DNA from: Bigelowiella natans CCMP2755
Taxonomy: Eukaryota; Protista; Cercozoa
Direction: 5' to 3'
DNA length: 52,280 nucleotides
Assembly: GCA_000320545.1 (NCBI GenBank)
Contig: ADNK01000623.1
Coordinates: 1 to 52,280 of the forward strand
In this document: piece by piece, positions 11,781 to 24,916 of the stretch
Layout of the letters: every line of letters starts with the position of its first letter
How positions within the stretch are numbered: position 1 is the first letter of the stretch
Program-made: the position numbers and the translations under genes
Notes under the pieces: generated by a model
What the model was told of the DNA's origin: nothing
Database searches by the model: none
What the model saw: the letters and a program-made list of their open reading frames with translations, nothing else

Positions 11781-12719
11781 ATGCCGGTGGTTCCCTCATA
11801 TAAATTAACCTCTTCATTCCACTGTGCAAACTTTCGTGGGCATGTGATATGGATCGCTCGAACTTGATATCCTAACACACCTGAATATCGAAAGATAAGA
11901 AACATACTCTTGTCAAGGGAATGAAAATATTTTTTTATCTGCCCGTATGTTTTTGCGTTCTTGGTGGTAGTGCTACATACAAAACCTTTAGTGATGTAGT
12001 TTCCTCGATTCTCCAACATCCATCAACTTAAAATGCAAAGTTGCTTAAGCAACATCCATCATATTTAACAGTGCTCTGTCTAGAGCAAGCTATAATAACA
12101 TGTTTCACTTGATTACGCAGATCAGGAAATCTTCTTTGAACGATACAAAAGGCCAAATGGTCTGCAAAACTGTTGTCCTTCCTGTTAAGACCAAAATTCG
12201 TGGACCCGCCCCCTCTTGTCCATCTGGTACTTGAAACTTTTGATTCTGTAACCTTATAGTGAAGACTAGAAAAGTAAACATTCTTATTTTTGGTATCCAG
12301 AAACAGTAGATATTGTCGACGAAGCGATCAAATATTTCCGTTGCAATGTATTGCACAAGACATTTCCGCAACCTGGCCCTGCGGATCTCACGCTGTGCTA
12401 CCTTACCATTTATATTGGAGAAATCTTAAGATTCTTAAAAAGTGTTCAAACCAAAGTTGAGGCAAAAAAAAAGATTACTCAACTTTCTCATGAGACAAAC
12501 TTCACAATTCCTGGGGAAGATAATTTTTGCTTACCTGGATTCTTTGGTGCCCCTGCGAAAAGGAGCGATGCAGATATTTTCCGTTCGTACTACAGGCAGC
12601 TGAGAGAAGAACTAGCAGAACGGCTCTTAAAGGAACTCTACACCGATAAGGGCGACCAAAATAAATGGTGGTTTCAGTTTCACAAGAAATCCTTCATGGG
12701 CATCGACAAGGCAACATAA
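11781..12719 (+). CDS. ARPC3: Arp2/3 complex subunit 3 (p21-Arc)
   Basis: Exons 11781-11786 (MP), 12121-12226 and 12301-12719 read IRKSSLND...VLPVKTKIRGPAP...DIVDEAIKYFRCNV...GPADLTLCYLTIYIGE...FTIPGEDNFCL...YYRQLREE...QNKWWFQFHKKSFM. Confidence 0.93.
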
Positions 12720-12779
12720 TTTTCAGTTTATGCAGCTTCTCCATTAGCATATTCGTGGCTTTTCTGCGTTATAATGTGT

Positions 12780-13720
12780 GTCCGAGATTACTGATAAGGA
12801 TGCGTAAAAACAATTGATACAATACACGTGTAGCTGCATGTGTGTATCTGTACACATTGCCGATGCAATACATAGGAACCGCCGCAAACGATTCATGCAC
12901 CACCCCTTGCCCCCCTTTAGTCCCCTGCTAGCTAACTGAGCGCGCTGTATGGCTAGTTAGACTACAAAATGGCAGTATATGAGGTCTTTTAGCCTTGCTA
13001 GCATAGCTTGCTAGAATGAAGATAATCTAGCATCTAGGCATGCTAGCATGCGCAGGAAAAAAAAAGTAACCACAAGAAATTCAAAGGAAATGAAGGCGCT
13101 ACTCTAGTAGTACTCGCGATGCTTGTGATCGCAATGTACGTAGGAGCGATGCTTCAATTCTGCTGACATCCGCAACTTAGCTTGTTGCAAGTTCTCAAAG
13201 TGCTAGAGTAGTAGAAGCTGTGTCCTAACCACACAAGCAAGCAAGCCACAAAAATGTCATCATCACTAGCTATAGCAGCTAGGTCAGCGTGCTAGTGCAT
13301 GTGCGCATGCACAGCTATGTAGGCGTAAACTAGCTAGCTAGCTAGCAAAGCCTGAAAGGCAGCAAGCTAATTGCTAGATCGAGTTGGGCGAAGCATTTAC
13401 TCTTATTAGTATCGCTTCACTCATTTGGATGCATTCTCAGCTACAGAGCGCTATGAACACATCTAGATCTAGAGATATGTGTCACTATGTTGTTCCTTTG
13501 GAACAATGTGTCTTACATCAGCTCTGGCAAGGAAGCGTCAATGTTGACACGAATGTCTAGATGTATCCAAAATAGCTTACATGTAGCTGCATGCATGCAG
13601 TCAATGCTCATATGTAATGAGGGTGCGTACACAATCTGAAAGTGACATTTCATTGAATAGATAGGAAGGAAAAATGCATGAACGAATTCCCATGCGCATG
13701 TCTACATCTTCTTAAACATT
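12780..13720. other. CTAG/CATG/TGCA-rich convergent intergenic spacer
   Basis: About 20 CTAG in ~650 bp (12925-13560), including ctagctagctagctag. Lies between two gene 3' ends. Confidence 0.8.
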
Positions 13721-13808
13721 TTTTAGATTTTAATAGCTCCTCTAAACGTATCGTGGTCAATTCTGACCCTAACGTAAATTTTAATTTAATTAAAGTTTAC
13801 GATAATAA

Positions 13809-14017
13809 CTAATCATTTTTATCTTCTTCTTTTTTAGGCTCAACTTTCTTCGATTTCTCGATAGCTTCAATTTCCTGTCGTTGGTGGTTATTATGGAGAA
13901 TATCAACACTTTCTCAAAAACAAAAAATAATTACATTAGGTAACATCACCGATGCCTTTGGAAGAAGTATTATATCACCACTATCCTCTCCACGGAGAAT
14001 CTAACAAAAGGATACAG

Positions 14018-14059
<42 letters not shown>

Positions 14060-14258
14060 GAATGGCAGCAGATCAAATTGCGCAGATAAATTACAGTGAT
14101 AACAATTACTATGGTACATATGACTAAGAATCAACATCTGTCTGACGACGAAAGTAGTTCCATGAGATACTACATCACTCCCAACAATTATTACATAAGA
14201 ACTTGCATGGATATTCGCTTGGACACATTCATTCCTCACCGCTAGGAGTTGTTCTTGC

Positions 14259-14292
<34 letters not shown>

Positions 14293-15357
14293 CAATCTCA
14301 TCCACAGCACCTGGTAAGCATAGTCGATGTTCTGGTCAACAGGATTGGCATAAAGTCTATTATAATCAGAATAACATCACAAGGAAGAAGAAGACGAAAT
14401 GGAAGGAAAAGAGAAAAAAGAAGATATAGGATGAACACGATTCCAATTCATCATTGATTGGTGTTTAGCTGGCAATCAGCAACAGCATCAATGACAACGG
14501 CTTCTGCCTTTTGATATCTCAATACTACATACGAAAAAGCAGCAGCTGCTTATTGTAATGATGAATGGATTTGATCCTCCTGCTGCTGCTACTACCTTCT
14601 GGCCACTGCCCTTGTTATGAGATTCGATAAGCCTTCTTCCACACCTTAAGATAATCATAAGATGATGATGATGATGGTGATCTTCATACAGTAGTAGTGG
14701 GTTAGCTGCAGTAGCAGTAGTATAATATAGATACAATATACATCACTAAGTGCTTTTCGCTACTGCTGCTACTACCATACACACATACGCGCGCGCGGGT
14801 GTATAATACATAATTAATGTATATATATACTACATATAAATTTGTATATATTTGATATATTGACATATATACGATGTCGATTCTTCTTCTTTCTTCTTCT
14901 TTATCCGGTAATAGCTCCAGCAATAACAACAACTAATAATAATAATATCTAATGACCCTCTAGTAGTCCCGTTGAGGCGACAACATCTTGCAAAACCTCC
15001 TGTAAACGGAGGAAGAGCTGGCCACGAATCTGGTAGTTGCAAGTAACAACAACACATGCATAAATCAGTAAAATAGATACCAGGAGCAAAAAAATAACAA
15101 TTGTTGTTTTAAAAATGGTGGTGGATGATGCAGCAGTTGATAATGAACACAATAATAATACATAATGCTGGTACAAATAATAGCTCATACACAGACAACA
15201 ACAACAACAACAACAACAAGAATTACTACTAAATGCTGCTGTTACTACCTGAACTTGGACTACACTTAATTGCCTCCATGTCCTGGATATGGTGTGTTTG
15301 GAGTAGTAGTTTGTCACAGGACAACACCAATGTAGGAATAAGTAGTAGTAGTAGAGT

Positions 15358-15388
<31 letters not shown>

Positions 15389-15643
15389 GATATGCTTCTC
15401 CCTACCAGAATGTCTTTGCCGATTTCCATAGAATCTTTACTCTAATCGACGATGGAGTGCTATCACTAGCAACATCAGTGCTACTACCACTGCTGCTACT
15501 ACTAGATGATAGTATTTTTTTCTTGGTTGTTCCTCCAAACCTAATTAGTAAAAAGGAAGTATTTAACATTCATCACTTTATCGAGGAGGAGGAGGAGGAG
15601 GAGGAGGAGGAGGAGGAGGAGAAACACACACACACACACACAA

Positions 15644-15698
<55 letters not shown>

Positions 15699-15816
15699 AA
15701 TACATTCATAGAGAGAGAGTAAATTCATGTAAGACTCAATGGTTGAATGAGTGAGTGATAAAAGCTTATTCTTGATCAAACTAACCATCCTCTCGGTTCC
15801 ATATTCGTTGCTATTT

Positions 15817-15851
<35 letters not shown>

Positions 15852-16008
15852 GCGTCGTTAAGCTTTTTCTTCTTTTTCGCAGCGGGAGAAGCTTCTTCCA
15901 TCTATTGAAGCAGCAGCAGCATAGTATCTTGGCATTGGTGGTGGTGGTGGATGATAATGATAATGATGGTGATGATGATAACTATGGATATAAGAGGATT
16001 AAAATTCA

Positions 16009-16063
<55 letters not shown>

Positions 16064-16312
16064 ATGAGAGAAAGAGAGAGAGAAAATAAAGCTGTCATCG
16101 TCGTTTTGGGCACGTATAAGTAGTGCATTATTATTTGTGTAGTTACTACCTCCTCTTGTGCGGTATTTAAGAATTGACGCACACGTGTCTTGACAGAGGT
16201 ATATTGTAATTATTTCATCATCATCATCATCATCATCATCAACATCTCTTAGTATTTACTTGTGTATTAGGAACCAACCAGCACACGTCGTGTGTACTTA
16301 TTGCACTTCGTT

Positions 16313-16354
<42 letters not shown>

Positions 16355-16932
16355 TATCTGTGATAATAGTACCGAAGTCCTTCCCCACATCGATACCCTC
16401 CTCCCAGTTGGAATGGAGGAGGAGGAGGAGGAGGGTCCTCGTTTACCATCAAGAACAACACCTTGTCTTCTTCGCACTGGAGTTACCTGTTGATAATGAT
16501 CATGATAGTAATCGTAATTAAGGAAAATATAGTAGTAGTAGGACGGCACCAGTCATGTGTTAGTTATGCAGTATTTTTACCTTGTGCTGCTGGTGCTGCT
16601 GCAATGATGATAATGTTGATGAAGAGGACGTTGATTCTCCACCACTTCTTGTATTAATACGTTTTTTAATAGTGCCCTTCTGGGAAAGAGTTAGAGCAGC
16701 AGCAGCAGGAGAGATGATGATGATGATGATGATGATGAGAAAGGTGGTATTTAGCACAAGGTTGCACATTATAATTATCATTGTTGTTATTATCATCATC
16801 ATCTTAAATCATCATCCCATAGAAGAAGCAGCAGCAGCAGCAGAAGAAGAAGAAGAAGAGAAGAAGAATCAAAATCAACCGCTTTTGTGAAAACTGATCC
16901 AGGCCATGACCTAACTGATTTCCACCACCACC

Positions 16933-16964
<32 letters not shown>

Positions 16965-16984
16965 AATCCATCTCCTGCTGCTGC

Positions 16985-17023
<39 letters not shown>

Positions 17024-17887
17024 TCTTTCTTGCTCATGTCTCTTTATGTCCCTCTTCTCCTTCTCTGTTATGCTTCTATCCCGTCGGTGATGCTGATGCC
17101 TTCCAACGCTACTACTACTAATACTACTATCACTGGCGCCACCACCTCCTTCTGCCTCCTGATCTGCACTACCCAGAATGCTGCTATATATAAGCAAGAG
17201 ATGAGGAGGAGGAGGAGGAGGAGGAGGAGGAGGAGGAGGAGGAGAAGGGGGAGGGAGGGGAAGAATAAGAAGATATATTACATCGTACAACATCCATCGT
17301 ATGTGTAACTCTGCTGCTGCTGCTGCTGCAATGATACTACCAAGTGCTAAGCTCCAGCATTAGTACGATAAGATACGATAATATACTACTACTACATCAC
17401 GATAAGATACGAGCAGATGTACTACCACTGCTACTACAACAACCTACCTCCATATAGAAGAAAATAATGATGATGATGATGATGATGATGATGATGCAGT
17501 ATTGCTATCTCTCGATTCGGAAAGCACTGAAGATGGTGAAGGCGACGAAAATCCTCTTGATGATGATGATGATGATGATGGTGAAGAAGACGATGACGAC
17601 GAGGACTTTGTTAATTTGATAGTCTACAATAAGAACAATAATAATAGCAAGAACAAGCAACAATAAGCACGTTGTAAGAGATATCATCGTAAAAGATCAT
17701 CACAACATACATCAGGGTCCATGATGGTGATGATGGAATATCGGTGATAATGATGATGATGATCAACCTATTCATTTTTCAGCCTATCTTTACCTTCTTA
17801 CTTCTTACTATGGTATTCTTTCTGTAACTCTTGTTGGAGGTGTGCATCGTCATCATCATCATCATCATTAGCATCATCGGCATCATA

Positions 17888-17932
<45 letters not shown>

Positions 17933-19581
17933 TATATGTACCCCCTTTTTTTCTCTATCTGAAGATATTGGATCCGCCTACAATTGACACCGCACATGGT
18001 GGATGATTACACGATGATGGTGATGATAATGATGATCATCAAACGGAATGGTAAGTTGCATCAACGGGAATAGATGAGTAGAAGTAGAAGTAGTAGAAGA
18101 AGAAGAAGAAGAAGAAGAACTACAGCTATATCAATCGGCTACGATCACACGTCACCATCATTATATATCATCACCATCATCATCATCATCATCATCATCA
18201 TCACCATGAATATGATGCTGTGTATTATCAACAAGCAACAACAAACAGTTGTTATTTTCCTTTCTCCTTCCTTACTAAGAGTACCTTGACCATAAGACGT
18301 TCTAAGATATTTGTTCTCTCCTCGTCATCACCACCATTGTCATTGGATGATACTAACGTCGAGGGCCGTCTTGTTGATGGAATTGTTGTTACTTTCGTCG
18401 TTCTTGAGGAGGAGGAGGGATTGGAGTGGGAGGGGGCATCACTTTCTTCTTCTTCTTCTTCTTCTCCTTCTTCCTCTTTTCCAAGCCGCTTATTTGACTA
18501 ATGAAACACACAAAAACGATGATAAGCAGATGATAAGAATGGGAGACCAAGTATTATGTGGATAGGTAAATGCTAAATTGTTGTTGTTTACCTGACGATC
18601 CAGTATAAATGCTAGAAGAGAAATTCCCAATGATACCTTGTTTATTGTATATTGATTTACCAACCAGTGACGATGACCACGGTGAAGGGGATTCACCAAA
18701 CATAATTAAAACATCCAACAATGTAATACAATGATGATGACTCAACGCACATTCTTGCATATAAAATCCACAAATGTTCCCCCTTTTCCCTCCTCCCCCC
18801 CATCGTATCATCATCATCATCATCATGATCATCATCCTTATCATCATTCTCCCTACTACTACTACTACTACTACTACTACTCCTACTACTACTCTTCCAC
18901 TATATTTTAGTACTACCTGGCTAATCTTGTTGACTTGAAGCTCAAATATTAATTTTTCTCTCTCCCCGCTATTATTATTATTTATTATTAATAATAGCAA
19001 GTAGTAGTAATTGTCATTAGAAATCATCATTCGAACATCATTATCACAAATAATAGGGCAATGATAATAATAATAATAATACAGGGTTAGACTGCTGCAT
19101 TATCACAGCGTGCTGATGATGACTCTTCTTCTTATTATTATTATAATTATCATGCATGGATTATTAGAATCGTTGATACAACCTCTCCTTCATGATAGCC
19201 CGTCGCTCCTCTTGCAGGTTGCGATTTAAATTATCCACCTTGATACGGTATAATTGCCACCATTTGAGTGAGTGAGTGAGTGAGTGAGTGAGTAAGTGGG
19301 TGAGAGATCATAATCGATTTAAATATTGATTTCTTGATGAATAAATTCAAGAACATCTCTGCTGCCCCACGATCATTATCAAAATCCTCATTATCATCAA
19401 CTTCAACAACAACAACATTATTGTCGTTATCATGATCATTGTTCTACGCACAAGGGGTCTTGCTGCATCCTTCCGAGATAATTCTCGATCAAGCTATTAA
19501 TATGATTATGATTATTATGTATGTACCATCCAAATGCAACAATAATCCATTACAACCTAAATCATTCATCACTACATCGAC

Positions 19582-19620
<39 letters not shown>

Positions 19621-20322
19621 TGCCACAAACAGCAAAAAGCATACGCCTTTAATGAACAAGTTTTAATTCGCCATCATCAACATCGTCATCTTCTTCGTCG
19701 TTTAAATCATAAGATTGTTATGAGTATCCTCTTGATCCTCCTCCTCCCCTCCTCCTTTTAGTCATAATCATCGTGATCATCATTCTGTGGATATCCACCA
19801 CCTTCTTCAGCATCTCTTGGTCTGTGGATTGAAGCTTTCTTAGCCTGATAACCCATTTAAAGAGGAGGTGCTTGTGTTGTTTGTATTTTAATAAATGATA
19901 ATGATTATACTGATGATGATGACAAGAAAGAAAATCAGAAAATTGAGGAGGGTTTCAAGATAAAGAGGACAAGAACAATAATTCAGGAGGACGATTGAAT
20001 ATGTACTACTACTACTACTACTACTACTTCTTTGAGGTTATCAATAATAGAGTGTACCACCACCACCATCATCACTAACGTTATTGATTCCTGCACCGTG
20101 CTACTACTTACTACTACTACTATTACTACATTTGAATTTGGTCAGCTTTTGTCGGGTTGATATCCTCTTTTATGTCGTCGATAAATGTATCAAGCTTTTT
20201 GTTCATGCCCCTGCTTGTTCTTCCAAGTAGTATTTCGGAAAGCTTATCACTCATCTAAATTATATTTATTTAGGACTTATATTATCAGTCATTTTACAAG
20301 TTTGTCACCACTCATCAGAATT

Positions 20323-20369
<47 letters not shown>

Positions 20370-20511
20370 GAACGATGATACTCCTCATTTATCAGTGAGT
20401 GAGTAATAAAAGAAGAAGCATGATGACGAATAATAACAATAGGGAGGAGTAGATAGAGTAATGAGACGAGGAGGAGGGGGGGGGGGAAGAAGAAATGATG
20501 ATCTCTATGGG

Positions 20512-20545
<34 letters not shown>

Positions 20546-20730
20546 AGTACAGTTGCATCTTTTTGTTGAAGTTGCTGCAGAGCTACTGTTTCTGCTGCCG
20601 GAGCACTTGGTGGCCACAACATTGATGGTTCAACCACCCGACCAAGACCTTTGCAAGTAGTAGGAATCATTTTGATGAGGAGGAGGAGGAGGAGATCACT
20701 TGCTTGTCGCACATTGTTCCAGCATAGTTT

Positions 20731-20768
<38 letters not shown>

Positions 20769-21393
20769 GCTGTACTAGATTACTACTACTACTACCTATT
20801 GACATGATCAGAGCTACTTCGCCCATTAGAATCCATTGATTCCGGTCTCTTTTCTTATTTCTTGACTTCTTTACGATTACTTTCCGAGAAATCGGATTTG
20901 TAGCAGCTACTACTCGAGAAGACTGCCTAGGTGGTGCGTCATCGCAAGAGCAGTAGCAGCAGCATTTTGAGGAGCTCAATATGTTATATGGTAGTCTACC
21001 GCCAAGCATCTTGCGCGAGGAGGAAGAGGAGGAAAATATTTCATTGCGAGAGAGAGAAGACGCTGATACTGCTGGCAAATTTCTCTTCGTTACGAAATCC
21101 AAGTTTTCGAGTACTATTGTTGTAGCAGGGATTCTAGAGGGAGGGGATAGTTCTACGCAGGAGGGTGAGCCCATCATGTTCCTAACAACATTTGAAGCTC
21201 CACCACCACCAGCTCTTCTTCCACTAATTTTTCGCTTAGCAAGTATTCTCTGTGGCAAGGCCAGTATATTGGTCATCCAGAAGCCTTGAGCAACACAAGC
21301 AGCAAGCATTCCGACCACAACGACAAATACAAAACGGGATGATGATGTTCCCTTACGTGCCGTCTTCTTCATCGGGTACTGCTTGAATTTCAT
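13809..21393 (-). CDS. Large multi-exon hypothetical protein (possibly more than one gene) with an N-terminal hydrophobic signal followed by an S/R-rich segment
   Basis: The first ORF (20392-21393) has RFVFVVVVGMLAACVAQG then a basic/Ser-rich stretch. Many short exon-like peptides lie between microsatellite-rich introns (WQLYRIKVDNLNRNLQEERRAIMKER, AELHIRWMLYD, IRGQLFLRLQEVLQDVVASTGLLE, VRQEQLLAVRNECVQANIH). The last exon ends KKEEDKND* at 13809. No family recognised. Confidence 0.45.
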
Positions 21394-22831
21394 TATAAAG
21401 TAAGGCCAAGAAATGAGTGCCGTTTCGATACTAGTGTGCTAATGAATAACTTCAGCCTTCTTTAAACGCATGTCTTTATGACAAACACCAACTATAACTC
21501 GACTTGGGTCGTCCCCCCTCCAAGAGATTATTAATTGTGTTCCCCGTACCAGATAACCAACACTAAATGATGAATCGCTTGGCGTTGATCGTCGATTCTG
21601 CCTAGAGACTGTGAAAACAGAGAGAAAATGATTCAGATTGATGAATAACTTCGTTACTTAACACTCCATTCACACACATGAACGATTCGGTGCTCGGGTT
21701 GGTACCGTACCACCCAGATACGTACTAACCTCGAGCCACGCTGTAGGTAGTAACACCTCAGTCATGCGCATTGCAAGAAATTACTTCTGTGATAGACCAT
21801 GCTATGACTAGTTAACTGTGTCTTTTAGAGTTACCAGGTGGGGCTTCAAGGGGTGTTGCTACGACGAGCTGTATGCAGAGGGCAGAGCGGAGTCGGCACC
21901 ATCACTATTCTGCTCTTTTCGATTGCACAGATTCTGTCCGATATTTGATGATCTTTATGCACTGCGACTTCGACTTCACTATGTCTTTTATATTATTCTC
22001 TTACAGCCGCTCTGTTGCGTAAATGGTGTACACGTTTTCACAGGAAGACACACAGGCAAAGGAAAAAATGATAAAAATATAAGCAGAATGAATGAAAGAA
22101 AATCCCGCTGTTGGCTGCCGGCGACTATTTTTCATCACAACCTACAATTTTCAAACGTAATTCCATTTTAGCCTATCGACATCATGATACTATTGTCGTT
22201 GTACATACAAAAACAGAAATCCTTGTAATACATATTTCTATGATGATGAATATCCAGATATCTAGGACGACGTCGAATTCCAAAATAATACAAAAATAAT
22301 AATCTACGTTTTATCTTTGTCGCAATTTTTTTTGCAAGAAACAATAAATAAGATCTTATGTATACCATTATATTCGTCAGAAGGAATTAAAATGCACTAC
22401 AAAAAAAATCCTTATGGCGTCACATTCATTTGTTGTATTTTGTCTTCGAACTTTGTAACGTGTACTTATATCTGAAATGAGGAAAAAGATCTTGATCGTA
22501 TAAGACTGTATTCAAGAGGTGTTTATGGAAATTCTTACTTATTTTATTGTCGCAGAAACTAAATGAAATGCAGAGCTTTGAGGGAATACACATCCCAAAT
22601 AAACCAATTGAAGTCGCCATCTTGGTAGGACGATAGCCTTCTCCATGTTTCTTTTCCTTGCTGCATCCATCCCCATCCGTTAACCAGCATGAAATTGTAC
22701 ATTGGTTTTCATTTAGATAAACTCTACCGATTCTTGAGTTAATCTCATTCCTTTATCTGACTTTTTTTTTATTTTATTCAGGAGAGTCTTGGTGCATTGG
22801 CGTATAGCTGATTCAGTAAATCTGGGAAACT

Positions 22832-23728
22832 ATGTGTCTTTTCCCCATTGATGGATACCAGCAAATGCTGATCCCCCCAAGTGATCGTGCTCGGAAGCAG
22901 GCGGGTTATATGAAAATTGTGATTTACGTCCATCTCGTCGTCATCACTGGATTCTTGCTCTCCGCGCTGTATGTGGGTAATTGAAAGATGATTACTAGAT
23001 CTGTAAACACTTTCCAGAAATTGCTATGTAAAAGATATAATAAATTCAGAGTATAATAATATGATCTTTTCGTTTATAGATGGAGTTGTTGACCTTTTGG
23101 GCGCCTTGATCGGATACATGGCAATCCGCAACAGCAGAGGCTATAATTTTCAGCAGGTAATGGATTTGTGCATATTCCCAGGAAAAATTTGACTTGTTCC
23201 ATCTCTTCAGGTTTTATGCTATTCAATTTATCTTGGAATGGATTGCTTCTGGTCCCTGATACGTTCAGTTTTGTTCCTTGCTGGGCTCTCGCGCAACCAG
23301 ATGCCTCTAAAAAAATGGCAATATCATATTTACGTTTGCACTATTCTTGGATCTGGATTCTTCTACGCTATAGGCTGTGTAAGATTTTATTCATCCTCAA
23401 CATGTCTTACCGAAGAATTCTAGTCTATATTCTCATTAAAATTATTTCAGATCGTTGCATGGAAGTTATACCGTGAGTTACGAACAATTTTCAATCGCAT
23501 GATGGAAGACGCACCTCCATTGCAGATTCAAAACCGAAATACTCCAGTGGGAGGATATCAGGTATTATATTTAATTTTCTTGACTGAATTAGGTATCCTG
23601 AGTTTGCTACGCGTGTTCAGCCTGTTCCCAATGAAAATCTTGATAACGAAGGAGTCGAAGCTGCAGGTTCGGAAAGAAATGGAAACTTCCAGCCCTTTTC
23701 TGGAAAGAAATATTCATTGCGTGCATAG
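22832..23728 (+). CDS. Small multi-pass membrane protein with a C-terminal SHP-box-like motif
   Basis: Five GT-AG exons splice in frame: MCLFPIDGYQQMLIPPSDRARKQAGYMKIVIYVHLVVITGFLLSALYV-DGVVDLLGALIGYMAIR...-VLCYSIYLGMDCFWSLIRSVLFLAG...-IVAWKLYRELR...-...GNFQPFSGKKYSLRA*. Confidence 0.75.
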
Positions 23729-23990
23729 GGGACATTTAATAGGCGACATGGATCGATGTGAGACACCTTCGATGTCTTATACAATTATTTGACACCTCGA
23801 TTGTCGATTGAAGCCGGAATCCAGCATATAAGCAAAGGCTGCAACGTTACATATTAAAATTGCTGCATAACATGCTACCAATTTCTACCGTCGTAGCACC
23901 AATAATCGTAGCATACATTCGTTTCACGTCGTCTACCTCTAGACACATCTAAACAAGGCGCGTAGTCTAGTAGTATTTGACGTAGTACAC

Positions 23991-24036
<46 letters not shown>

Positions 24037-24478
24037 ATACACACACCTACATCTACATCTAGGCACACACAACTACGATATAACTCATGCTATGCTAGCG
24101 CCAGCTAGAATGTAAGCACCCAAGACGTACGGCATCCTGCTGCTATGCACCAAAAAGTGCATTGCATGCGCCTAAGCTTATTGTACGTGTGTCGCTAGCA
24201 AGAAGTCAGACGCGCGCAATAAGCATCAATGGCTATCTAGCTAGCTAGCTATGTATCGTACTATGTAGACATCGCTGCCGCTGCATTCATATATCTATGT
24301 GTAGATGTCTTGCGAGTTTGCACTGTCGCACAGCGCTGTGCACATCATCATGCTCTAGCTAGCAGCGCAGTATGCACACGCTGGCAGCTATGCACTAGCT
24401 AGCTAGTACGTATGCGTGTTGCATGATAGCACGTGCACGGCCACCATATAACTATATAACCACAGCGCGCCAGGCTAG

Positions 24479-24916
24479 CAGGCCCGGGCGTGATCTGTGA
24501 TCCCGGATTTTCGTTGCAAAATCCATTTTGCACGCGCATGCGTTTCGATTGCTTTCACATGCACATTGTGTCTGATTGCGATGTCGGTTGCATGTGGGAC
24601 ACTTCACGTTGCACTAGTGCACATTCCACATGCAGTCATTGAGCAATGAACGAATTGCGCTTCAAATTTTTGTGACACCTCTCGGTTTTGTTTCCATGTT
24701 TGTTCAACATTGGCACGAATTTTGTCCTTTCAATGTGCGTCAAAACCTCAAAAAGGCATGTTTTGACCACATTTTGTCGAAAGTGTGGATTTTTGCAGCC
24801 TGTCCGTAACCCACTTGTCATGTGTTTGTAGTCACATGCACGCGCTGTGCTGCGCTTGCTAGTCGCCTGCGAGCTCGCATTTGCAATTTCGGACATCCTG
24901 ATCACGCCAGGGCCTG
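24479..24916. mobile_element. MITE-like non-autonomous DNA element with 17-bp terminal inverted repeats, TpA-depleted
   Basis: Left end CAGGCCCGGGCGTGATC (24479-24495), right end GATCACGCCAGGGCCTG (24900-24916): 16/17 inverted match. No coding capacity and no clear TSD. Confidence 0.7.

Noticed and set aside
21818-22620. ORFs in the interval between the large minus-strand gene and the membrane-protein gene
   Set aside because: No recognisable motifs or consistent splice model; probably promoter and 5'UTR exons or introns.
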